Of a DNA stretch of 64,000 bases, positions 57,083 through 64,000 are shown one piece after another. The DNA comes from an uncultured Ignavibacteriales bacterium (GTDB taxonomy: Bacteria > Zixibacteria > MSB-5A5 > GN15 > JAAZOE01). The notes under the pieces are model-generated. The model worked only from the letters and a program-made list of their open reading frames with translations. It did no database searches and was not told the origin of the DNA. The stretch is from contig CAZSYD010000005.1 of NCBI GenBank assembly GCA_964611355.1, positions 2,788-66,787 on the forward strand, in the 5' to 3' direction. Both the position numbers and the translations under genes were made by a program. How positions within the stretch are numbered: position 1 is the stretch's first letter; the number at the start of each line of letters is the position of its first letter.

Positions 57083-59003
57083 ATCGTTTGTCATTGCGAT
57101 GGCGATTGCTTTAATCCCGTCCGTAATTATGGCAGGGTCATTGGATCTTAACGTCATTTATCCGCAAGAAGGGCAAAACGTTGCGCCGGTCGATTCGACT
57201 TTCATCTTCGGTTCGGTTGCAAAAGGCGCTGATTTGACCATAAATGGATTCCCGGTTGACGTACACAAGGACGGAGGCTGGCTCGCCTTTCTGCCGGTAT
57301 CACCGGGGCGATTTGCGTTCCACCTTAAGGCAGAAAAAAGCGGCCTGATTGATACTCTAACAGTCACTGTCCAATTACCGGAGCTTTCGAAATACACTTA
57401 CGACAGCCTTTACTTCGTACCCGGTTCATTCAGGCCGCCGGAACCCCTCTGGATTAAAAAAGGCGATGAGATAACCGTCTCGCTCAAGTCTTTGCCATAC
57501 TGTAACGCCATCTGCGTTGTCGAACCGACAGGCGATACGATCTATATGCACGAACTGCCGCCACGAAGTTATTATGGCGGCAGGAACATATTTGATTGTA
57601 CACGTTCGTCAGGTCCGGTTGTGCCTGAATCACTCCTCGTTCGTGGAATTTATGAGGGATCATATACAATTCCGGTCACGGGTAGCGACAGCCTTTTCCT
57701 GATATATTATGTATATCCGCCGTCATCGGCTCAGGTTATCTGGCTGATCGAACATGGGCCGAAAGTGGAATCACCTTCACTTTTGCCTTTTCACAAATTG
57801 CTTTCATTGACTCCAATACCGGCTGAAACTTCGTCGGTATGTATTAGAGTCCTTGACGAAAGATCGTTACCGGTGGCGGAACTAAAGGACAGCCTGACGG
57901 TTATACGCACCGGTCCGCAAAAGGGGTATCTGTGCATTCATCAGCCGCCGGGTATCAGGGCCAGGGTAGCCAGCAAAGAAGGAAGCTGGCTGAAACTGGA
58001 ACTGCCTGATTATCAATACGGTTGGGCACCTGATACATCGATCATTTTCCTGCCGCCCGAAACAATCATACCGCATTCGTATATTAGCCGCATACAGACG
58101 GTAAATTACGAAGACAGAGTGTCGGTCCGCATCGCGACTTCGGCCCGGCATGCTTTCCGGGTGATTGAAAACATCGACGAAAAGTCGATCACGCTTTATA
58201 TCTACGGCACCGACAGCGATACCGACTGGATTCGCTATGATAACACCGACAGCCTGATCGATCATATCGTCTGGTTTCAGAGTGAACCGGATTTGTACGC
58301 GGTTAAAGTATATCTGACTGAAGAAAACATCTGGGGCTATGACGGTTATTACGTTGGTCATGAACTCTATTTTGATATTAAGAAACCGCCGAAGAGAAAG
58401 CGGGATATTTCAGATTTCCGATTTGTCATCGATCCCGGCCACTCGCCTGACCCCGGAGCGATCGGCCCGACCGGTTTGACTGAAAGCGAAGCCAACCTTG
58501 CCATATCGCTGCGATTGAAAAACGAACTCGAACGGCAAGGCGCCGAGGTGATTCTTACCCGCTGTGATGATTCGCCGTTGCCGCTTTATGATCGTCCCAA
58601 AATCGCCGTTCTGGAAAAAGCCAATATATTTATTTCCGTACACAACAACGCCCTGCCCGACGGCACCAATCCATTTGTTAATAACGGCGTATCCACTTAT
58701 TATTATCATCCTCATTCGGCGCCACTGGCTCGCGCAGTTCAGAATTCCATGGCGCGCAGCCTGGGCTTGAAGGATTTCGGGTTTTATCACGGCAACCTGG
58801 CCGTCAACCGCCCGACGCAGTATCCCGCGATCCTGGTTGAATGCGCCTTTATGATGATCCCGGAACAGGAAGCGATGCTCAAAACCAAAAGGTTTCAGAA
58901 AAAAATAGCACGAGCCATTGTCAAAGGAGTCGAAGATTTCCTCAGGGGTCGGGCTTTGACGGAATGGGATATTCAACAGGCGAAATCGTACGGCTGGGAA
59001 TAA
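57051..59003 (+). CDS. N-acetylmuramoyl-L-alanine amidase (Amidase_3) with a long N-terminal beta-rich region
   Basis: 650 aa with a signal/TM at the N-terminus. The C-terminal domain has VIDPGHSPDPGA, TESEANL, FISVHNNA and ILVECAFM. Confidence 0.85.
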   Translation: MFMGMEYHLLRSFVIAMAIALIPSVIMAGSLDLNVIYPQEGQNVAPVDSTFIFGSVAKGADLTINGFPVDVHKDGGWLAFLPVSPGRFAFHLKAEKSGLIDTLTVTVQLPELSKYTYDSLYFVPGSFRPPEPLWIKKGDEITVSLKSLPYCNAICVVEPTGDTIYMHELPPRSYYGGRNIFDCTRSSGPVVPESLLVRGIYEGSYTIPVTGSDSLFLIYYVYPPSSAQVIWLIEHGPKVESPSLLPFHKLLSLTPIPAETSSVCIRVLDERSLPVAELKDSLTVIRTGPQKGYLCIHQPPGIRARVASKEGSWLKLELPDYQYGWAPDTSIIFLPPETIIPHSYISRIQTVNYEDRVSVRIATSARHAFRVIENIDEKSITLYIYGTDSDTDWIRYDNTDSLIDHIVWFQSEPDLYAVKVYLTEENIWGYDGYYVGHELYFDIKKPPKRKRDISDFRFVIDPGHSPDPGAIGPTGLTESEANLAISLRLKNELERQGAEVILTRCDDSPLPLYDRPKIAVLEKANIFISVHNNALPDGTNPFVNNGVSTYYYHPHSAPLARAVQNSMARSLGLKDFGFYHGNLAVNRPTQYPAILVECAFMMIPEQEAMLKTKRFQKKIARAIVKGVEDFLRGRALTEWDIQQAKSYGWE

Positions 59004-59071
59004 ATTATTATATTTCGACGAGATTTGATTATCCGCCAATATCATCCTTGCCTTTAATCGCTCAATTCCGA

Positions 59072-59100
59072 TTGACAATACCAGCGTTTTGCCGTATAAG
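59072..59100 (+). promoter_or_regulatory. sigma70-type promoter candidate TTGACA-17-TATAAG
   Basis: TTGACA at 59072-59077, a 17-nt spacer, TATAAG at 59095-59100. Confidence 0.45.
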
Positions 59101-59139
59101 GAGCCTTACCCGCATAAGCAGGAGCCGCCTTAATATGGA

Positions 59140-60051
59140 ATGTCGATCTCGCAAATGATAGAAACTCTGCCGCATATTGGCGAAACGCTGTCCCTGCTGA
59201 CGGCGGTCGCGTGGGCTTTTGCCGTCATCCTGTTCAAGAAAAGCGGTGAAACCGTTCACCCGGTGGCGCTCAATTTATACAAAAACATTTTGGCGATGAT
59301 ACTTGTTCTGCCGACCATTCCGCTGTTCGGAGAGACTCTTTTTCGTTCTATTCCGACCAATGAATATCTGTTGCTTCTGGCCAGCGGCGCACTCGGAATC
59401 GGCGTCGCCGACACGCTGTTTTTCAAAAGCTTAAATCTTCTGGGCGCCGGCCTGGTGGCTATTGTCGATTGCTTGTATAGTCCTTTTATCATCGGTTTGT
59501 CTCTCGTGTGGTTAGGGGATAGCCTGACGGTCTGGCAGGTGGTCGGCGTAATTATGATTATCTCCGCCGTGATGACGGCAACCAGCAAAAAAGGAAGCGG
59601 CAAAATCACGCGTCGGAATTTATGGTTAGGTATCCTTTTTGGCGTTTTGGCAATGGCCACCATGGCGGTCGGGATTGTTATGATAAAGCCGCTTCTTAAC
59701 CGGTCGCCTTTGCTCTGGGTAACCGAAGTTCGTATGGTCGGCGGCGTTATGGTTCTTGCCGTGGTACTGGCGCTACACCGGAAACGCCGCGCCATTATCG
59801 GCACCATAATAACCACGAAAGGCTGGCGGTACACCTTATCCGGTTCGTTTGTCGGCGCTTACCTGTCCATGATCCTGTGGCTGGCCGGAATGAAATATAC
59901 CTACACATCGATTGCCGCGGCAGTAAGCCAGACGAGCAACATTTTTATTTTTATCCTTGCGGCCGTTTTTCTTCACGAACCGATCAACCGCCAGCGCATG
60001 GCAGGCATTATCCTTGGCGTCGCGGGCGTGTTACTGGTAACTTTCGCCTGA
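59140..60051 (+). CDS. DMT-superfamily (EamA-type) transporter
   Basis: 303 aa with 10 TM helices in two EamA-like halves. Confidence 0.82.
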   Translation: MSISQMIETLPHIGETLSLLTAVAWAFAVILFKKSGETVHPVALNLYKNILAMILVLPTIPLFGETLFRSIPTNEYLLLLASGALGIGVADTLFFKSLNLLGAGLVAIVDCLYSPFIIGLSLVWLGDSLTVWQVVGVIMIISAVMTATSKKGSGKITRRNLWLGILFGVLAMATMAVGIVMIKPLLNRSPLLWVTEVRMVGGVMVLAVVLALHRKRRAIIGTIITTKGWRYTLSGSFVGAYLSMILWLAGMKYTYTSIAAAVSQTSNIFIFILAAVFLHEPINRQRMAGIILGVAGVLLVTFA

Positions 60052-60360
60052 CGGCGCCGGTTTTTCCGGTTCAAAGTCCAGTTCAACTCCACCGACAAGT
60101 TTGGCCGTGCCGTTATATACCAGCGCGTAAATCAACCCGCCGATAAAGCCCATTATGCCGTAAAAAATCGGAAAGAGAATGATTGAGCCTATGCCGAAAA
60201 TCGTTCCTAACAGCGCTCCGGATGAATCGGAACCTGCGCCGATAGCCGTGCCTAACAATGCGAACAGTGAGAAAAAGAACCCGGCTATCAGTCCGATTAT
60301 GGCGCTAATTATGCCGCTGACCTTGCCGAGCGAAAACACACCGACTCTTTTAAGAATCAT
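60031..60360 (-). CDS. Small Gly-rich membrane protein, unknown function
   Basis: 109 aa with GAGG SD. It has three or four Gly-zipper-like TM helices. Its 3' end overlaps the convergent DMT gene by 21 nt. Confidence 0.6.
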   Translation of the reverse strand: MILKRVGVFSLGKVSGIISAIIGLIAGFFFSLFALLGTAIGAGSDSSGALLGTIFGIGSIILFPIFYGIMGFIGGLIYALVYNGTAKLVGGVELDFEPEKPAPSGESYQ

Positions 60361-60771
60361 GGGTAACCTCGCTTTTTTGGGTGATGCGGTAATAGATTAC
60401 ACACGCCTGATTATGTCAAGTAAAAATTTCCCGATTCCGGTTATCCACAATGATGAAATATAAAAATACCGTTTATCATTCAGGTATCCAACCGGTTACA
60501 AAGAAATGGGTTCGTTTTGTCATATTTTACTTTTCGCGCTATCGGTTTTGTAGTGATTCTTGTATGAGGTTGAAACTGAAGGTGTTTGAGGAATCTATAG
60601 GCGCGGCGGGATCGGCAAAGCCAGTTGGCGATGAGTTGTTTTTTGCTGATAGGCATATTTATATCCCCGGTATAATTATCCATTAATAGGGTCAGGTTAT
60701 GAAATAGCGGTGGTTGTGTATTAAAATTGATGATGTTGTGTCATAATCCAAGCGGGAACCGGTAAGACTAC

Positions 60772-60793
60772 CCCCACGTCTAAAGACGTGGGG
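60772..60793. repeat. Perfect 9-bp hairpin CCCCACGTC-TAAA-GACGTGGGG
   Basis: Read directly from the sequence. It lies 33 nt downstream (minus-strand sense) of the 60826..61635 gene. No U-run follows on either strand. Confidence 0.6.
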
Positions 60794-60825
60794 CACCCGG
60801 CTCAGGGTATACAGGGGTTTCCGAC

Positions 60826-61635
60826 CTATGGGCTTGGTGCCAGTTTACTTAGTTTATCTTTATAACTGATAATCTCTCCATCTATCTTCAGATCGTATTC
60901 ACCATTAAGAATATCTAAAATGCCGAGAATATACTCGCTCGCTTCAAAAAGGCATCTGTCAACGGCATCCATCGTAGGTCCAGCGAAATATGACAATTTA
61001 TTAATATCAAAAAAATCCTGGAAGCTTTCAATTGACCCATGAGATTTAATTGAATGCATATAATAGGGTTGATTATAATAATCACCCATTCCAATTTCCT
61101 TAGCCATAGCCCGGATTGATTTTCCGGACCAATTACGATAATATTTATTAGGAATTTTGCCCTCTTCATCCCGGGGGAAATAGTCCCGACATTCTTCAAG
61201 CTGGCGCTGAATTTCCGGATAAAGCTCTTTAAATCCGTCACGTAAATATGCAGAATATGAAACGTCTTTTATTATTTTTTCTGCTAATTGCTTGTTTCGC
61301 AGGCAGCCGAAATACCAATACATCTTTGCTCTTTTTTCTGGATCGTTCTTAATATATCTCATATTTACAACCGTTTCCAATAGCGTCCTCAAGATGTTAT
61401 CGGCATCATGGACATGACCGATATTCGCAAGATGAAATATGCTTTTTACTGTAAGTGACGCCCTACAGTAAATATAACCAAGTATTTTTTGAAACAGGGT
61501 CATATCATTCCGCTTTATATTCTTCGCATCAAGCAAATCAACACAATAATCTGTGTACTGAATTAGATCGCTAACAAAGTCGAAATGCTCATGATAATGC
61601 AGGTATATTTCATTATTTTGTGGCTTAAACTGCAT
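60826..61635 (-). CDS. AT-rich orphan protein, possibly DUF5677-like
   Basis: 269-aa ORF. My hand counts of two 100-nt samples give 40% and 29% GC, against 62% in a proS sample. HDADNILRTLLETVVNMRYI and WSGKSIRAMAKEIGMGDYYNQPYYMHSIKSHGS resemble my memory of DUF5677. This is unverified. Confidence 0.55.
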   Translation of the reverse strand: MQFKPQNNEIYLHYHEHFDFVSDLIQYTDYCVDLLDAKNIKRNDMTLFQKILGYIYCRASLTVKSIFHLANIGHVHDADNILRTLLETVVNMRYIKNDPEKRAKMYWYFGCLRNKQLAEKIIKDVSYSAYLRDGFKELYPEIQRQLEECRDYFPRDEEGKIPNKYYRNWSGKSIRAMAKEIGMGDYYNQPYYMHSIKSHGSIESFQDFFDINKLSYFAGPTMDAVDRCLFEASEYILGILDILNGEYDLKIDGEIISYKDKLSKLAPSP

Positions 61636-61697
61636 ATTCCCCCAGCAAGTATGATGGTCTATTCTAAAAAATCAAACCTTTAAGAGCATTTACAAAG

Positions 61698-61769
61698 TAC
61701 CCCCGCCAGGAATCGAACCTGGACGAACAGCTCCGGAGGCTGCCGCGCTATCCGTTACGCTACGGGGGC
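61698..61769 (-). tRNA. tRNA-Arg (anticodon CCG)
   Basis: Folded by hand. Acceptor GCCCCCG/CGGGGGU has a G1-U72 wobble. The D-arm is GCGU-AACGGAUA-GCGC. The anticodon arm is GCAGC-CUCCGGA-GCUGU, with CCG at positions 34-36. The T-arm is CCAGG-UUCGAUU-CCUGG and the discriminator is A. CCA is not encoded. Confidence 0.9.
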
Positions 61770-61969
61770 AAAAACCTGTTAGATTCAAATTCGATATCAG
61801 ACCGACAACCAATCAAGGCAACATTTGATATTAACCTTCTTTTTCCCTGTCTGTCAACCATTTTGAAATACCAAATCGACGAATAAACCAAATAAAAATT
61901 GACAAAACGGCACAAAAGCCTATTTTAGACATCTTGTCTGTCGAAAAGCAATAGAGTAAGGCGACTGTT

Positions 61970-63685
61970 ATGCGCTGGACCAGAACATATATACCGACAC
62001 TTCGCGAAGTTCCCGCCGAGGCGGAACTGATTTCGCATCAGTATCTTTTGCGGGCCGGGTACATGCGCCGCCTGGCGGCAGGCATATATGTATATCTGCC
62101 GCTTATGCAACGGGTTATAGATAAAATCTCAACCATCGTGCGAGAAGAGATGAACGCCGCCGGAGCGATTGAAATCCTGATGCCGGTTTTGCATCCGGCC
62201 GAATTGTGGCAGAAATCGGGCCGCTGGACGACGATGGGCAAGGAACAGATGCGCATGAAAGACCGCCACCTGCACGAGCTTGCCCTCGGCGGAACGCACG
62301 AGGAAGTCGTTACCGACCTGGTGGCAGGAGAGTTAAAAAGTTACAAGCAAATGCCGCTGAACCTCTACCAGATTCAGACCAAGTTTCGCGACGAAATCAG
62401 GCCCCGTTTCGGACTGATGCGAGGGCGGGAATTTTTAATGAAGGATGCTTATTCGTTTGATGTTGATGAGGAAGCGCATAAAGTCGCCTACCAGAAAATG
62501 GTTGACGCTTATTACAAGGTTTTCGACCGCTGCGGCCTGCCGACGAAAAAGGTTGAATCGGACACCGGATCCATGGGGGGAAAAGCGGCTCACGAATTTA
62601 TGGTTCCGGTCGATACGGATGGCGGCGAATGCGTGATTTTATCGTGCAATAAATGCGATTACGCCGCCAATATCGAAAAAGCGACTTTCCGTGAATTAAT
62701 TCCCCCTGAGCAGGAAACGGAAGTCAAACCGATAGAAGAAATTGATACTCCCAATGCCGCCACGATAGAAGAGATAACCGCCTTTTTGAAACTTCCGGCG
62801 CATCGTTTCGCAAAGACTTTACTCTATCTTGCCGACGGAAAACCGGTAGCGGCAATGATTCGAGGCGACCGGCAGATAAACGAAACCAAACTGCGCAATC
62901 ACATCGGCTGCATAGAGCTTGAAATGGCGGGGGCTGAGATAGTCGAGGAATTAACGCAGGCGCCGGTCGGCTTTGCCGGGCCGTTAGGCCTGAAGGTTCC
63001 TGTTATCGTCGATCCGGAAGTTGTCCAGATGACCAACTTCGTAACCGGCGCGAATAAGGCTGACACTCACGTGCTTAACGTCAACGTAGGCCGCGATTTC
63101 AAAGCGGACAGCGTGGTGGATATCAAAAACGCTGTGGGCGGCGAAGGGTGTCCGGTTTGCGACGGCATCCTGGTTGAATCCAGCGGTATCGAGGTCGGCA
63201 ATACGTTCATGCTTGGCACCAAGTATTCGGAATCGCTCGGCGGGAAATTTCTCGACGCCGAAGGCATGGAAAAGCCGTATATCATGGGATCGTACGGAAT
63301 CGGGATAACCCGGACAGCTCAGGCGGCAATCGAGAAATATCACGACGAGAAAGGAATAATCTGGCCGAAAAGTATCGCCCCGTACCAGATAATTATCACG
63401 CCGTTAAATATCACCAAAGAAAACCAAAAGGAAACTGCCGAAAAATTATACGCCGAGTTGACCGGGGCCGGGTATGAGGTGCTTTTCGATGACCGAACCG
63501 AACGGGCGGGCGTCAAGTTAAACGATGCCGACCTGATCGGCATCCCGCTTCGGATCGCCATCGGCGAAAGATCGCTGGCAAGGGGGGAAGTTGAACTTAA
63601 GCTGCGAGGTGAAAAGGAGTTCGAAGCGGTTGAAATCGGTTTAATTATCGAAAAAGCTGGTATCTTTCTAAAACGGGCAACGTAG
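61970..63685 (+). CDS. proS: Proline--tRNA ligase (bacterial type with insertion editing domain)
   Basis: 571 aa starting MRWTRTYIPTLREVPAEAELISHQYLLRAGY, with FRDEIRPRFGLMRGREF, the class II motifs and a C-terminal anticodon-binding domain. Confidence 0.94.
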   Translation: MRWTRTYIPTLREVPAEAELISHQYLLRAGYMRRLAAGIYVYLPLMQRVIDKISTIVREEMNAAGAIEILMPVLHPAELWQKSGRWTTMGKEQMRMKDRHLHELALGGTHEEVVTDLVAGELKSYKQMPLNLYQIQTKFRDEIRPRFGLMRGREFLMKDAYSFDVDEEAHKVAYQKMVDAYYKVFDRCGLPTKKVESDTGSMGGKAAHEFMVPVDTDGGECVILSCNKCDYAANIEKATFRELIPPEQETEVKPIEEIDTPNAATIEEITAFLKLPAHRFAKTLLYLADGKPVAAMIRGDRQINETKLRNHIGCIELEMAGAEIVEELTQAPVGFAGPLGLKVPVIVDPEVVQMTNFVTGANKADTHVLNVNVGRDFKADSVVDIKNAVGGEGCPVCDGILVESSGIEVGNTFMLGTKYSESLGGKFLDAEGMEKPYIMGSYGIGITRTAQAAIEKYHDEKGIIWPKSIAPYQIIITPLNITKENQKETAEKLYAELTGAGYEVLFDDRTERAGVKLNDADLIGIPLRIAIGERSLARGEVELKLRGEKEFEAVEIGLIIEKAGIFLKRAT

Positions 63686-63851
63686 ATTTTTTTATTGCTT
63701 TCATTCCGCAATTAGTTATATTTTAAGGTTTTAGTGGGGAGAAATCCACTAAGGGGAGGTTATATCAAAAATGCCGACTGAAATCGGCCTTTGGTATTTT
63801 CGATAGTCATGTTGATTTTGCCTTATGGTGGTAAAGGTTAGATTGTAAAGA

Positions 63852-64000
63852 ATGCTTGGTGACCTGAAGACAAAGATCGAAAAAGTTATTAGGCCGATCC
63901 TAACCGATCAATATTTTGACTTGTTGGAGATCAAGCTCTTGCGGTACAGGAAAAACTATCGCCTGCAGGTTTTTATTGATTCCGACGACGGCGTCAAACT
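63852..64000 (+). CDS. rimP: Ribosome maturation factor RimP, N-terminal part (runs off the window)
   Basis: My translation from ATG 63852 is MLGDLKTKIEKVIRPILTDQYFDLLEIKLLRYRKNYRLQVFIDSDDGVK, a typical RimP N-terminus. It is not in the ORF track because there is no stop within the window. Confidence 0.7.
   Translation, partial: MLGDLKTKIEKVIRPILTDQYFDLLEIKLLRYRKNYRLQVFIDSDDGVK

Noticed and set aside
60450-60686. Two mutually overlapping short ORFs in the AT-rich spacer: 60450..60686 (+, 78 aa) and 60480..60683 (-, 67 aa, very basic, MPISKKQLIAN...).
   Set aside because: They occupy the same DNA on opposite strands and have no convincing SD or recognisable family. A resemblance of MPISKKQLIAN to a remembered ANRxNAxKSTGP family breaks down after five residues. 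I left them unannotated rather than called as genes.
60765-60780. A possible att-type direct repeat of the tRNA-Arg 3' end (TACCCCCACG against TACCCCCGCC) that would delimit an integrated element.
   Set aside because: Only 7-8 contiguous identical bases match, which is well within chance. No integrase or excisionase gene is present.
1-64000. CRISPR arrays, rRNA genes, transposases/IS elements, integrases and toxin-antitoxin pairs.
   Set aside because: Reading both strands and all intergenic gaps, I found no regularly spaced direct repeats, no rRNA-like segments and no ORFs with transposase, integrase or TA-like motifs. A computational repeat search was not possible here.

Overview
This is 64 kb of a Gram-negative-type bacterial chromosome. 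It carries bamD plus lptD-like and lolA-like genes. The tandem GWxTD-domain proteins hint at an FCB-superphylum-like or related uncultivated lineage, but that is only a guess. There are about 50 protein genes, mostly on the + strand and mostly housekeeping. They include: a membrane pyrophosphatase; a 9.5 kb promoter-to-terminator operon (Yip1-like protein, TolC, MacA-type adaptor, MacB-type ATPase, two FtsX-type permeases, two GWxTD proteins); lexA-small ORF-dinB; argS; a translationally coupled shikimate block aroA-aroE-aroK-aroB-aroQ; alaX; hup; ftsK; rimO; bamD; nadD; polA; coaE; a fused transketolase; a peptidoglycan-peptide recycling trio; tRNA-Arg(CCG); proS; and the start of rimP. I saw no CRISPR array, rRNA, transposase or integrase. 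The observations most worth following up are: (1) a secreted DUF1573-like protein whose frame is broken only by a TGA, at the position where the family carries the first Cys of its SCGCT motif, with two hairpins just downstream, making it a candidate selenoprotein; (2) a DapF homolog in which both catalytic cysteines are Ser; (3) an M3-like lipoprotein with no HEXXH; (4) a truncated, frameshifted trpD remnant; (5) a 1.3 kb AT-rich islet at the 3' end of tRNA-Arg. All family assignments come from reading the translations against remembered family motifs. No database search, HMM scan or folding program was run. Coordinates taken from the ORF track include the stop codon.
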